Origin: a bacterium
GTDB taxonomy: Bacteria; Krumholzibacteriota; Krumholzibacteriia; G020349025
Length of the DNA stretch: 60,963 bases
Assembly (NCBI GenBank): GCA_031362565.1
Contig: JANLSU010000130.1
Location: 1-60,963 of the forward strand
Direction: 5' to 3'
Under the pieces are notes generated by a model. The model saw only the letters and a list, made by a program, of their open reading frames with translations, did no database searches and had not been told where the DNA came from. This document shows, one piece after another, positions 1 to 10,401 of this stretch; the first letter of the stretch is position 1, and each line of letters starts with the position of its first letter. Both the position numbers and the translations under genes were made by a program.

Positions 1-204
1 TTTGCGACCGTTCTCGGTACGCTTTGGGATACGCCCAAAGATGCAGCGGAATTCGCTGCCGCCCTCGCCAAACGGCCGGCGCTGCATTGCGAGCGCCAGG
101 GTGACGCCGTCGCGGTCGTGGCCGGTGTGCCGGCGGCACAGGCGCGCACCGTGGCGCGCGCCTACGTCCGCGTCCTACGCCAGGCGCCGCTCAAGGCGCA
201 CTGA
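1..204 (+). CDS. 3' end of a gene running in from outside the window; possibly a DUF6782-like putative metallopeptidase
   Basis: Frame 1 is open from base 1 to TGA at 202-204: FATVLGTLWDTPKDAAEFAAAL...LKAH. The WDTxxDAxEF motif is recalled from this family. Not in the ORF track because it has no start codon. Confidence 0.55.
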   Translation, partial: FATVLGTLWDTPKDAAEFAAALAKRPALHCERQGDAVAVVAGVPAAQARTVARAYVRVLRQAPLKAH

Positions 205-212
205 CAGTCGGA

Positions 213-2861
213 CTACAGCGAGAACCACTTGCTGATCTTCAGCAGAAACACGTCGTGCGGGTGCACGTCGAACAAACCTCGCACGTCGTTGTGCAGCGAG
301 AACGTGCCGGTTGGCACGAAGTCCGAGCGCGCCTGCGACCAGACGAGAAAGGCCGTCGAGCCGGGCTGGAACTCCCAGCGCAAGACCAGGTTCGAGTTGA
401 AGTCGCGGACATTGAAGTTGGGATTGTCGACGGCGTAGTCCGTCGAACCATTCGCGTCTTCGTCGACCGTGTAGGTCGAACCGGCGGCGGCGATTTCGTT
501 GCCCGCGAAGGTGTGGAAGCGATCCTCGTAGCGATCGGCGCGCGGCGCCGTGACCCGCTTGAACTGCGTATACGAACCCGCCGACACGAACGGCGACCCA
601 TAGTACTGCAACGTCAGATTCGGGCGCACGGTGTAATCGAGCCGGAACGTCAGCGACGTCGTCTTCTGGTCGAGTGCCGCCAGCACGAAGCGGTCGCCCG
701 CCGGACTCGTGACGCGATCGACGTACTGAATCTGGTCGTTGAAACGCGTCACATCGGGATTGAGGCTGATCTGCACCGCGTTGCTCGGCCGGTACGATAC
801 AGACACCCAGCCGTTCCGGTAGCGTGAGCTGGCATCGTCGCCGTCGTCGAAGTTGGCGCCGAAGTCGACCCCAACCCGCCGCCGGTGGTCCGAGTTCACC
901 CAGAACTGGCTCTCCCAATCCCCGGGCCGGCGCGACGACGGGCCGCCACGCAACGCGTTGTTGGAAATGTTTTCGCTGGTGCGGGTCACGCCGGCGCCGC
1001 ACTGCCAGTTGTTCTTGAAATTGGCGTTGAAGTTCGTGTTGTAGCTCTCCGACAGGCGCTGGCCGCCGAAATCCCAATTCACCCACTGGTTGCCGTTGAT
1101 CCCCATGCGGCGGAAAATACCAACCGGGTTGCGGATCGAGTACCCGACCCACGAGAACTGATTGACTTCGTCGGTGCGCCGCAAGAAACCCACGTCGTTG
1201 ATTTCGAAGCCGGGCGAGCGCCATGCGGCGCCACTCTCGAACTGCCAATGTTTGCCGCCGCTTTTGCCCAGCCGCAATGAGCCCGCATGGCCTGCAAGGC
1301 TCGTGCGCGTCGAATCGACCGATTCATGGTTGTTGTCCGGGCGCTGATAGTAGCGCGCCGAAGACCGCTGGGTCAAAAGCAGCGCCTCGCGGTCACCGTT
1401 GACATTGCTGAAGGCCCCCGTGCCGGCGACGTACCACGCCTTGTCGTGCCACTGATGCAAGACATCGACCCCGCCCGCGTACGCGGAGCGATGCAAGAAG
1501 TCGAGCTGCGGGTCCTCGATCTTGCGCTGCAGCGCCGTGAACATGACGCCGGCGCGGCGATTCCCACTGTCGAAATCCTGTGACAGGCGCCCCACGAAGA
1601 AGTTCGTATAGGGCTCCACCGTTTCCTTCCGGCCGCTCGACGGGCCGCTGACCCGCGCATGTTCTTCCGCCGTGACGCTCTCCAGCACGCCGACCGACAA
1701 ACCGTGAGTCGATTTGCCGGTCAACTTGGCGGCTCCCAGGATCGATGACGCGTTCGGCACGTCGGAGCTTTCGCCGGCGGCCAGGTCGGGGCTAAAACGT
1801 GGCCGGCGGCCGATGCGGCGCGAATAGAACAGGTTATCGGCGGTGAATCCGCCGCCGGCGATGGACGGCGCGAGCTGGAAGTCGAGAATATCGTTGCCTT
1901 CGATGAAGAACGGCCGCTTCTCGGCGAAGCGCGTTTCGAAGGCGGTCAGGTTCACTTCCGAGGGATCGGCTTCGACCTGGCCGAAGTCGGGATTGACCGT
2001 CAGATCGAGGGTCGCGTCACTCGAAACACCGATCTTGCCGTCGAGCCCGACGCTGGCGTCCGAGTCACGGCCATCCAGGAACGGGTTGCCCGCGACGCGC
2101 TCGAAGCTCTCGCGCCGCCCCACCGTGTAGGGCAAAAGTTCCACCTGCCGCTGCGGCCGGACGCCTTTGATGCCGCGCAACTCCCCGAACCGGCTCACCC
2201 AACCGGACGCACTCTTGGTCATGGGCTGCCAGAGGGAGCGCTCCTCCTTGCGAAAGATCCGGCGCGTGACCTGAATGCCCCAGGTTTGTTCGGCCTTGGA
2301 GGCGAAGCGCAGCTGGGTGAAGGGGATCCGTACTTCCGCGGTCCACCCCTGTTCGTCGACCTGCGTGCGCAGCTCCCAGATGGGGTCCCAGTTGCCGTCC
2401 CAGTTGTCGCCGTCCTTCGACACGAATTCGTCGCCGCGCGCGCCCGACACGCTCGAGGTGAACGAGAACGCGGTGCGATGGTCGAAGTAGCTGTCGATGT
2501 TGATCTCGATCCAGTCGCCGGGGAAGCGGTCACGCCGCGCCAGCAGGTTGGCGATGGCGTGCGGGTCCTTTTCGTAGGCGCGGTAAGCGAGATACAGCGC
2601 GCGGTCGTCGTAGAGGATCTTGAAGGCGGTCTGCTCGGTTGGGGGCTGCCCCTCGGCCGGCTCGAACTGAACGAAGTCCGTGGCCCACTCGACGTGCTGC
2701 CAGCATGCGTCGTCCAGGACCCCATCGAGCTTCGGCGGTGCACCCTCGATACGCTGCGTCGTGTAGACCCGCTGCGCAGGCGGCGGGCCATCGCCGAAGC
2801 ACGGGATTGCAACGGCGGCGAGCCATGCGAACGCGAGTCCGGCGGCGGCAAAATGCTTCAT
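213..2861 (-). CDS. Secreted CBM9-like / DUF5916 domain protein (probable outer-membrane hydrolase-like protein)
   Basis: Signal peptide; PPKLDGVLDD and GWTAEVRIPFTQLRF (CBM9-like); LTVNPDFGQVEAD..NLTAFE..EKRPFFIEG and LFYSRRIG (DUF5916); aromatic C-terminus WFSL. Confidence 0.85.
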   Translation of the reverse strand: MKHFAAAGLAFAWLAAVAIPCFGDGPPPAQRVYTTQRIEGAPPKLDGVLDDACWQHVEWATDFVQFEPAEGQPPTEQTAFKILYDDRALYLAYRAYEKDPHAIANLLARRDRFPGDWIEINIDSYFDHRTAFSFTSSVSGARGDEFVSKDGDNWDGNWDPIWELRTQVDEQGWTAEVRIPFTQLRFASKAEQTWGIQVTRRIFRKEERSLWQPMTKSASGWVSRFGELRGIKGVRPQRQVELLPYTVGRRESFERVAGNPFLDGRDSDASVGLDGKIGVSSDATLDLTVNPDFGQVEADPSEVNLTAFETRFAEKRPFFIEGNDILDFQLAPSIAGGGFTADNLFYSRRIGRRPRFSPDLAAGESSDVPNASSILGAAKLTGKSTHGLSVGVLESVTAEEHARVSGPSSGRKETVEPYTNFFVGRLSQDFDSGNRRAGVMFTALQRKIEDPQLDFLHRSAYAGGVDVLHQWHDKAWYVAGTGAFSNVNGDREALLLTQRSSARYYQRPDNNHESVDSTRTSLAGHAGSLRLGKSGGKHWQFESGAAWRSPGFEINDVGFLRRTDEVNQFSWVGYSIRNPVGIFRRMGINGNQWVNWDFGGQRLSESYNTNFNANFKNNWQCGAGVTRTSENISNNALRGGPSSRRPGDWESQFWVNSDHRRRVGVDFGANFDDGDDASSRYRNGWVSVSYRPSNAVQISLNPDVTRFNDQIQYVDRVTSPAGDRFVLAALDQKTTSLTFRLDYTVRPNLTLQYYGSPFVSAGSYTQFKRVTAPRADRYEDRFHTFAGNEIAAAGSTYTVDEDANGSTDYAVDNPNFNVRDFNSNLVLRWEFQPGSTAFLVWSQARSDFVPTGTFSLHNDVRGLFDVHPHDVFLLKISKWFSL

Positions 2862-3022
2862 GCGAGATCCTCATCGGTCTCGGGTTTCAACGGACGGGCG
2901 AGCGTTCGGAGGCGGCAAGGAGGTATACCACGAGCGGGCGAAAAAAGTTACGCGCGATCTGGGTGGGGCGGCGACGTGGCTTGGGGCTTGGTGCGCCGAG
3001 GTGGCCCCCGGTTTGGGCACCC

Positions 3023-4603
3023 TCAGTCGCGCGGGTCTTGGACCGAGGCCTCGACGAGCTCAGCCTCGGCTTCGACCGGCACCGGCGCGGACGCGACCAG
3101 GGGCACGAGCGCCGCCTGGGACCCACGGCGCCGCAGCACCGAGACGTCGAAGTTCGCGAGCTTGCGGAGCATCTTCAGCTCGGAGTCGTTGTAGAACCCG
3201 AAGGCGCCGAGGAGCGCGGGATACAGCAACATCATCGCCACGCCACAGGCGATCTGGCCCGCCAGGTTGTCGGGCGTGGTCACCACCGAAATGGCGTACG
3301 TGACGCCCATCGCGGCGACGATCTTGAGGATGCGCCCCCACTCATAGCGAATCGGGAAGTAGTACTCGTCGACAAAGTAGCTCGCAACGCACATCGCGAC
3401 GTAGGCGATCAAGGTCGCCCAGGCCGCGCCCATCATGCCCCAGCGCGGAATAAGCAAGAAATTGAAGATGATGTTGATGATGGCCGCGCCGGCCACCATG
3501 ATCGGCAGCCAGATGTTCTTTTTCTTGATGTTGACGCCGACGGTGATGACGCGATAGACGCCCGAGAACACGAGTGCGGCGACGACGAGCGGCACTACTT
3601 TCTCCGAACCGTGGAACTTGGGATCCGCCATGACGTGCAGGAGCGGCTTCACGAAAACACAGATCGCCAACGCCATGAAACCGACGACGATCATGAAATA
3701 GGTCAGGAAGCGCCCCAGAATTGCCTTACCCTCGTCCTTGGAGTCCTTGGCGAGCGGGAAGTACATGGTCGGCCACGTCTGGATGAATGGCTGGATCGCG
3801 AAGTCACTCAACAGAGTTGCCAGACGGTAGCCGACCGAATAGAGGCCCAGTTCGGTCGAGTTCGAGTAGTGCTCCAAGAAATAACGGTCGCTGGCGGAAA
3901 GCACCAAGAACGACAGACCGCCCGGCACCTTCGGCAGTCCGAACGCCAGCATCTCGCGGAGCTTCTGGCGCGAGAATCGCCGCGCCAGGTAGCGCCGCAC
4001 CGGGAAGAAAAAGACGACCATCAGCAGGCCTTCACGAATCACTTCGCTGTATACGATGCCGGCCAGGCCCTGCTTCATGTAAACGATAAAATAGATATTC
4101 AACAGCGCGGCCGCAATCATGTCGCCAAGCTGAATCATGCTGTAGCTGACGCTCTTGCGGTGGGCGCGCATGATCTGGCGCGGAATGTTCTGCGTGGCGC
4201 GGAAGATTCCCGCCAGGAACATAAGACGGAAGAGATGGGTCCAGTCGGCGTGCTTGAACACCGTGTCGTTCAGCGGGCCGGCGAACATCGACAAGAGGCC
4301 GAAAAACGAGATCGCCGAAGCGATCGAATAGTAATACGAAGTACACACCGCATCGGCCTGGTTGTCCGGGTCGTCCTTATAGTCGAACGAATAGGCTCGA
4401 AAGATGGATGTCGTCAGCCCCTGGATCACCACGATGTCCAGCACCCGCATCGTGATGTAGAGCAGGCCCAGCACACCGTAGTCGGCCGGCGTCAGGTAGT
4501 GCGTGTACAACGGCAGCAGGAAGAAGCCGATGACCTTGGTGGCCATGCCTCCCATGCCGTAGACGCTGGTGTGCTTGGTGACTTCCTTGAGGAAGCGCAG
4601 CAT
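3023..4603 (-). CDS. Wzx-like oligosaccharide flippase (polysaccharide biosynthesis, MOP family)
   Basis: Many TM segments; LLPLYTHYLTPADYG and DRYFL..LGLYSVG motifs; ATG at 4603 with GAGGAG RBS. Confidence 0.85.
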   Translation of the reverse strand: MLRFLKEVTKHTSVYGMGGMATKVIGFFLLPLYTHYLTPADYGVLGLLYITMRVLDIVVIQGLTTSIFRAYSFDYKDDPDNQADAVCTSYYYSIASAISFFGLLSMFAGPLNDTVFKHADWTHLFRLMFLAGIFRATQNIPRQIMRAHRKSVSYSMIQLGDMIAAALLNIYFIVYMKQGLAGIVYSEVIREGLLMVVFFFPVRRYLARRFSRQKLREMLAFGLPKVPGGLSFLVLSASDRYFLEHYSNSTELGLYSVGYRLATLLSDFAIQPFIQTWPTMYFPLAKDSKDEGKAILGRFLTYFMIVVGFMALAICVFVKPLLHVMADPKFHGSEKVVPLVVAALVFSGVYRVITVGVNIKKKNIWLPIMVAGAAIINIIFNFLLIPRWGMMGAAWATLIAYVAMCVASYFVDEYYFPIRYEWGRILKIVAAMGVTYAISVVTTPDNLAGQIACGVAMMLLYPALLGAFGFYNDSELKMLRKLANFDVSVLRRRGSQAALVPLVASAPVPVEAEAELVEASVQDPRD

Positions 4604-4808
4604 GAAAGACTCCTCGAGGCCGGAGCGGACGATTTTGTTCCGGCGTGGCGGCGGCATAGCGACTGGGTCCGGAGCGGTTCAGCAGAATCCGTGCCGCTGA
4701 GAAGATGCGCGGACGCCGTCCGGAACGGCTCTCTGTGCGGTGCTTCGCAAGAATCGCGGCGCGTCGCAGGCGCTGTCCGCGCGGCACCCTTCCTGCACGC
4801 ATGTGGGT

Positions 4809-5849
4809 ATGACGCTCCACGACGTGCAAGACATCGTGCACCGGCTCGAAACCGAGGACCCGCTGCAACTGGGTGCGCCGGTCGCGTGGAACGCGCGGCG
4901 TCTGGAGCGGCGGCGCTTCTCGAGCATTCACTTGCTCGAACCGCGCAGCCACCATGCGGCGCTGCAGGCGCGTGCGGGTTCCGATGCGCTGGTTCTCAAG
5001 ATCTATCACGGCGGTCCAGCGGATCGCCGCCAGCGTGAGTTCGATGACTTACGCCGTGTCTGGGACGAAATGGGTCCTACCGCAGGAGTCGTGCGTCCGG
5101 TGGCATGCTGGCCTGAACTGGGCGCGATCGTGACGGCGCGCGCCGCTGGGAGTTCGCTCGGCGCGCATGTGCGGCGCGCTGTCGTCCGCACGAGCGGCCG
5201 CGAAGAACTCGCCCGTACCGCGGCCGCCTGCACGGAAGCCGGCGAATGGCTGCGAAACTTCCAAGCCAAGGGCGTGGTGGCGATGCGGGGCTCACACCCG
5301 CAGCATCTCGGCTCGCCCGACGCATTCCTCGCCTATCTGGACGACCGCCTGCGTGTGCTGCGTAACAGTCATCCCGGCATCGACGGCGCGCTTCGGACGC
5401 GCCTCTTGGCCTACGCCGCGGCGGCGCTGCACCTGCTGCCCGAACAGGCGTTCGATGCCGTGACGTGGTCGCATTCGGATTTCGGTCCCCACAATGTCCT
5501 GATGGATGGAGAGCGAATCACCGTGCTGGATTTCGAGCTGCACCCACAGCATCCGGAATTCGATGCGGCGTATTTCGTCGAATGTCTGGCCAACCAATCC
5601 GGCCCGCTCGTCGACCCCGAAAAGGTTCGCCGCCTGGAGCGCGCCTTCCTCGCCGGCTATGGGGCGCCGGTCAACGGTCCACTCTTCGCGCTACTGCGCT
5701 TGCGGCACCTCCTCTGCTCGTACGTCTCCGAAACCCGCCGCTCAGGGCGCGTGCCATTTCGCACCTGGCCGGGACTCGTGGTCATGCGAGCCCGCCTGCA
5801 GCGCTTCGCGGATCTCCTCGCACTCCGGAGCCGGGCCCGTGCTGCGTGA
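4809..5849 (+). CDS. APH/choline-kinase-like phosphotransferase
   Basis: LVLKIY, HSDFGPHNVL (HxDxxxxN) and VLDFE motifs. Confidence 0.75.
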   Translation: MTLHDVQDIVHRLETEDPLQLGAPVAWNARRLERRRFSSIHLLEPRSHHAALQARAGSDALVLKIYHGGPADRRQREFDDLRRVWDEMGPTAGVVRPVACWPELGAIVTARAAGSSLGAHVRRAVVRTSGREELARTAAACTEAGEWLRNFQAKGVVAMRGSHPQHLGSPDAFLAYLDDRLRVLRNSHPGIDGALRTRLLAYAAAALHLLPEQAFDAVTWSHSDFGPHNVLMDGERITVLDFELHPQHPEFDAAYFVECLANQSGPLVDPEKVRRLERAFLAGYGAPVNGPLFALLRLRHLLCSYVSETRRSGRVPFRTWPGLVVMRARLQRFADLLALRSRARAA

Positions 5850-8655
5850 TGCTTGGTGCCGCGTCCTTGCCTGTGCCTTGGTGCCGCTCTTCGTTTGCAC
5901 GACGGGCGGTGCGGCCGCGAAACCACTCGAAGTCCCCATTCTCGTCGAGCCTTTGACGCCCGAAGGCGCGCCGAACTACACACCGGGGCCCGGCGTCGTC
6001 GCGGTCGGTGTGCCGTTCGCGCCGGAAGCAGGGCTACGGGATGTCGACTCGCTGGGGCTGCAAGGCTCGAGCGCAGCACAATTCCGAATCTTGGAGCGCG
6101 ATCCCAACAACGGCGCGGTGACCTGGGTCCTGGCGACATTCGTCGCCGACGGCGACGCCTATGCGCTCGTCCAGGGCGCCGGCGCCTTCGGCGGCGCGCC
6201 GCTCGCCACAACATCCGGCGACACCATCCGGATCGATACCGGAAGGGCGCGTTTCAACGTGCGCAAACGCCACTTCAACGGCCTCGATCGCGTCGTGCGG
6301 GATGGCGTGCAAATCGTCACCTCGCACGACGTGGGCGGCGTCGTTGTCGAAACCGACGGCATCCGTTACGAGTCGGCGTTCGACGATTCGTCCGAGGTCA
6401 CGATCGAGGAAAACGGTCCAGTGCGCGCCACGCTGTGCGCGCGCGGTGTCCTCCGCAGCGCGACGCAGCAAAAGAGCCTCGGCTACACGGCGCGCCTGCA
6501 GTTCGATCGTGGTAGCTCCGGATGCCGTGTTTTCCTCACGCTCCGGAATGCCGATGCCGCGTTTCCGCATCCGCGCAGTTTCCACGCTGCTTGGTTCGAG
6601 GTGCCGTTGCATCTTGCCGGTCCCGGCACCGTGCACTTCGGCTTCAAAGGCGATGGGTTCACCGGACCCGTGGCTGCCGACGGAGCCGCGCATCTCTTCC
6701 AAGGCGACAACCGGTTCGAGCGCGGCGTCCGCACCGATGAAGTAGCGCCGCTTCTGACATCCGCCGTCGGGCTCGAGGTGGAGATCAACGGCACCGCCCT
6801 CAACCGTCTTGGTTCATCGAGTGAGGCGGCGCCAGGTTGGATGCGTGTCGATGACGGGCGGACAACGGTTCTCGCCGGCATGCGCGACATGGCCGCGTGG
6901 TTTCCGAGCGGCTTCGATCTCCAAGGCGGCCGTCTCGCGGTCGAACTCTTCTCGCGCCACAACCCGCGCACCAATCTGGTGTTCGCGTGGGGTGCACATG
7001 AAACGCGGGAAATCGCCCTCGATTTCGCCCCTGCCGGAGCCGATGCACAGGCCTTTCATGACCACCTCCAATGGCCGATCTTCGGCCGCTGCGCTTTCAG
7101 CCGCTATCGCGACACGGGCGCATTCTGCGGTGAGCGGCGCTTGGTGAGTGTCGAGGAGGAGAGCCGCTTCTTCCAGGACCAGGGCAAGAGTTGGCGGATG
7201 CCACAAGTTGCTGCTGCCGATTTGCGACTCACGCGCCGGTATCATTTCGGAACCACCGGCGGCGGCAACCAGTTCGATCAAGACGAATGCTTGCTGCTCG
7301 ACTTCGCGCGCAGCGGCGCGCCGGGACTCTTTCTGCAAGGCCGGCTGGGAGCACTCTGGAAGGCCGACCAAGCCGTCTTGCACTCCGACGACTTCGACTT
7401 CGGAACACGCGAGCTGGGCATTTCGAACCTCAATGCCGAGGACCCGAACACCTTTCACGGCCGCGGTGCCGGCAATACGTTCGATGATGAACACCCGCAC
7501 TGGGTGTGCATGGCTCACTACTACCATATGACCGGCGACGAGCACGTCCGCGAAGCGATTGCCGACTACGGCGAGTGGCGGCGGTACCGCGCCGGCAACC
7601 CAACTCACGGCGCGCGGCGCGGCGGCGCGCTGCACCACATGCGACTCTGGTCGCGCTGTTTCCGCGACTTGGCGCTCCTGTGGCAGATGAGCGGCGACAA
7701 ACGCTACCTGGACGACGTCCATGTCATGGCCAAGGCGTTGACCACGACGCTCGACGACGGCCATCACATCGGCCGCAACCTCGATCGTGGCTACTTCTAT
7801 TTTGGTGACCCCGAGAACCCGCAGCGCAAGATTCATCTCTTCTTTCTGACCGAGATGAATTCACTGGCGGTGTATCAGGCAATGGCGGTCCTGGCGCCGA
7901 AGGATCCGGCACGTGAGGCGCTCCGGGACTACTTGACGGGGCTCGCGTGGTTCACTCTGGAGGAGGCGCTCGTCGTTCCGGGGGCGCGCGGTTACCCCTA
8001 CGAATACTTCGCCAACGCGCCGAATCTCGAAGCGGGGAAGCGCGGCGATCAAACCGGCATCGTGCTCGTGCATGGGTACGAGCAAACCGGCGATGCCCGC
8101 TTCATGGATCGGGCCCGCGCGCTGGCGTGGCGTGTTGCCGAGTACCAGCATCCGTTGCGCGCCTCCGAACTCGCGACCCACGCCTGTATTTATCGGTGGC
8201 TGCATCGCGCCGAATCCGGCGCCGTGCTTCTCGCGCCGCGGGCGCTCCGGAACGCCGACGACACGTGGACATTGTCTTGGACGGTGCCGGTGGGGGCTCG
8301 CGAAACGATCGTGCGCTATGGCGCCAAGCCGCTGGTCGACAACTTGGGATTCGATCCTGTGCGGCGGGCGTTTCGCACCGACCCCACCCGCGCCATGAAC
8401 GTCTGGGCGGCGACCAACCTGGCCGGCGAGCCCGCGCCTGGTCGCGACGGCACGATCGAGAGCTGGCGGACACCGGCACTGCCGCATGCAAGCTGGGTGT
8501 TCGCAGTGCAGGTCCTCACCGACCGGACCCCCGGCGGCGAAGACCTGCGGTCCGACAACAACGATGCACCCTCCGGCACGACAGTCGCACCTGCTCCGAA
8601 GAGTGGCTCCGGGCCGATCCGCGGCACGAAACGCCGCGGAAGAACCCTGCGCTAA
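5839..8655 (+). CDS. Large secreted protein, PcRGLX/YetA-like (exo-rhamnogalacturonan lyase-like fold)
   Basis: GTG start overlaps the upstream gene and is followed by a signal peptide. GVPF...QFRILER..VTWVL, IRIDTG and IEENGPVRA resemble YetA/PcRGLX N-terminal and middle domains; Y..TGD repeats suggest an alpha/alpha toroid. Confidence 0.55.
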   Translation: MLRDAWCRVLACALVPLFVCTTGGAAAKPLEVPILVEPLTPEGAPNYTPGPGVVAVGVPFAPEAGLRDVDSLGLQGSSAAQFRILERDPNNGAVTWVLATFVADGDAYALVQGAGAFGGAPLATTSGDTIRIDTGRARFNVRKRHFNGLDRVVRDGVQIVTSHDVGGVVVETDGIRYESAFDDSSEVTIEENGPVRATLCARGVLRSATQQKSLGYTARLQFDRGSSGCRVFLTLRNADAAFPHPRSFHAAWFEVPLHLAGPGTVHFGFKGDGFTGPVAADGAAHLFQGDNRFERGVRTDEVAPLLTSAVGLEVEINGTALNRLGSSSEAAPGWMRVDDGRTTVLAGMRDMAAWFPSGFDLQGGRLAVELFSRHNPRTNLVFAWGAHETREIALDFAPAGADAQAFHDHLQWPIFGRCAFSRYRDTGAFCGERRLVSVEEESRFFQDQGKSWRMPQVAAADLRLTRRYHFGTTGGGNQFDQDECLLLDFARSGAPGLFLQGRLGALWKADQAVLHSDDFDFGTRELGISNLNAEDPNTFHGRGAGNTFDDEHPHWVCMAHYYHMTGDEHVREAIADYGEWRRYRAGNPTHGARRGGALHHMRLWSRCFRDLALLWQMSGDKRYLDDVHVMAKALTTTLDDGHHIGRNLDRGYFYFGDPENPQRKIHLFFLTEMNSLAVYQAMAVLAPKDPAREALRDYLTGLAWFTLEEALVVPGARGYPYEYFANAPNLEAGKRGDQTGIVLVHGYEQTGDARFMDRARALAWRVAEYQHPLRASELATHACIYRWLHRAESGAVLLAPRALRNADDTWTLSWTVPVGARETIVRYGAKPLVDNLGFDPVRRAFRTDPTRAMNVWAATNLAGEPAPGRDGTIESWRTPALPHASWVFAVQVLTDRTPGGEDLRSDNNDAPSGTTVAPAPKSGSGPIRGTKRRGRTLR

Positions 8656-8679
8656 AGCGGCGGCGAAGGAAGAACTCGC

Positions 8680-10350
8680 GTGGCACACGACCTCCTGACA
8701 CCGCACCATCCCGCGCCTTCTGACGCACGTTTGCGCGCTGCACTCGGTTCCGGCGGTGTCTGGCCGGACGGCCCGGGGGGCGACGGCGATCCGTCGCCGT
8801 TCCGGCGCATGGCGCGCATTCCGCTGGCGGTGTTTGCGGCGCTTCTTGCCGCCGTCTATGGGCCGGCAGCCGTACAAACGCTCATCGACTGCTGGAATGA
8901 TTCGAACTATTCGCACGGCGTGCTGTTGCCGGTCGTTGTTGCGTTGCTGATGCGGGCGCGCCATCACGATGTGCATCTGCAGGCTCGCGGCACCGCGCAA
9001 AGCGATGTACGCCGCGCTTGGGTATGCTTTCTCGCCGGCTGTGGTGGTTTTGTATTGGGCACTGCTGCGTCCGAATCGTTCGCAATGCGGACCTCGGGCG
9101 TCCTGGTTGCGACCGGCCTCTGCGGCGTCTTGGGCGGCTCGCGCGGGTGGCGGCGGTATGCGCCTGCCGTCGCGTTGCTCGTCTGCGCGATTCCTTTGCC
9201 TTACGTCATCTACTATCGCATCTCGGTTCCGTTGCAGCTCCTCTCGGCGCGCCTCGCGGTCGGCACTTTGACAGCGCTGGGTCTCGACGTGACGCGGTCC
9301 GGCAACGTCTTCGAAGTGGGTGGACATGCACTCGAGGTCGTGGGTGCCTGTAGCGGCATCCGTTCGATCATGGCGCTCACGACGCTCACGTGTGTTGGTG
9401 CCGTGTGGTTGCGGGTCCGCCCGCTGCGTGGTGCCGCACTCGTTCTTGTGGCGCCGTTCTTGGCCATGCTCGGCAACGTCCTGCGGCTCGTGGTGACGGC
9501 TTTGCTCGTGCTGCGGTTCGGAGTTGGTGCGGCAGAAGGTGTCGTCCACGAAAGCGTTGGCGTCGTGAGCTTCGCGGCGTCACTGGCCCTCTTGGCCGGC
9601 CTCATGAAATGGGCGCGGCGCGGCGAGTTGGCGCTGCCGCCAACGTCCAGGGCCGGGCGTCATTCGGGCAATTGGCGCGGTTGGCTCGGGACGGTGCGCG
9701 CGACGTCGGTACGGAGTGCCTGGGTGGCGGTGGCGGTGTTCGCGGTGGTGGGCATCTACGGATTCGTGCTGCGCTCGCACGCTGTCGAACCTACCGGCAA
9801 GCCGCATCTGGAAACGGTGCCCTTGCAGCTCGCCGGCTACGAAGGCCAAGACATTCCAATCGACGACCGGGTTTTGAATCAAGTCCAGCCCGATGCGTTC
9901 CTATTCCGCAACTATGTGAATGACGCGGCATCCAACGTCGGCCTCTACATGGGCTACTACGTGAATCCGCGCGAGGGTGCCCAGATCCATTCGCCGATGC
10001 ACTGTTACCCAGGCGGCGGCTGGGACATTCTCGCTTCGGCGCCACTCGCCGCACTCGACCCCGCCGGCCAGCCGACCCAGTTCCAGCGCCTCGTCGTCCG
10101 CAAGGACGGCCGTACCGATGTCGTTGTGTTCTGGTACGAGACGCGCACCGGACGGCTGACGAGCGACATCGGTCTCAAGTTCAATCTGATGCGCACCGCG
10201 CTCTTGCATGCACCTCAGGATGTAGCCTTCGTGCGCTGGTCGACGCCCCTCGATCCCGAAGAAGACGTCGAGGCGGGCACCGCACGCCTCCTGCAAGTTG
10301 CCGCATCGGCCTGGTCCGATGTCGAGACCGCGCTGCCCTTCGCACCCTGA
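8680..10350 (+). CDS. Exosortase (EpsH family) fused to an EpsI domain
   Basis: YSHG motif; catalytic ACSGIRS, GNVLRL and HES; C-terminal QIHSPMHCYPGGGW (EpsI). Confidence 0.9.
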   Translation: MAHDLLTPHHPAPSDARLRAALGSGGVWPDGPGGDGDPSPFRRMARIPLAVFAALLAAVYGPAAVQTLIDCWNDSNYSHGVLLPVVVALLMRARHHDVHLQARGTAQSDVRRAWVCFLAGCGGFVLGTAASESFAMRTSGVLVATGLCGVLGGSRGWRRYAPAVALLVCAIPLPYVIYYRISVPLQLLSARLAVGTLTALGLDVTRSGNVFEVGGHALEVVGACSGIRSIMALTTLTCVGAVWLRVRPLRGAALVLVAPFLAMLGNVLRLVVTALLVLRFGVGAAEGVVHESVGVVSFAASLALLAGLMKWARRGELALPPTSRAGRHSGNWRGWLGTVRATSVRSAWVAVAVFAVVGIYGFVLRSHAVEPTGKPHLETVPLQLAGYEGQDIPIDDRVLNQVQPDAFLFRNYVNDAASNVGLYMGYYVNPREGAQIHSPMHCYPGGGWDILASAPLAALDPAGQPTQFQRLVVRKDGRTDVVVFWYETRTGRLTSDIGLKFNLMRTALLHAPQDVAFVRWSTPLDPEEDVEAGTARLLQVAASAWSDVETALPFAP

Positions 10351-10367
10351 TTGGTGTCTGACACCAA
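10351..10367. repeat. Perfect 8-1-8 palindrome TTGGTGTC-T-GACACCAA (REP-like)
   Basis: Read directly from the sequence between convergent genes. Confidence 0.6.
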
Positions 10368-10401
10368 ACTGATGGACCCTGCGGGCGCGTCAGGCCATCG
10401 T

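Noticed and set aside
2924..2951. ECF-like promoter GTAAC-N17-GGTATA upstream of the DUF5916 gene
   Set aside because: Single weak match with no independent support.
2639..5038. Long alternative ORFs such as 2639-5038(+), 17801-19819(+), 20871-23855(-) and 42668-44614(-)
   Set aside because: Antisense or frame shadows of well-supported genes in high-GC DNA; no recognisable motifs.
8560..8655. PEP-CTERM sorting signal on the large secreted protein
   Set aside because: A basic tail is present, but there is no PEP motif or hydrophobic helix.
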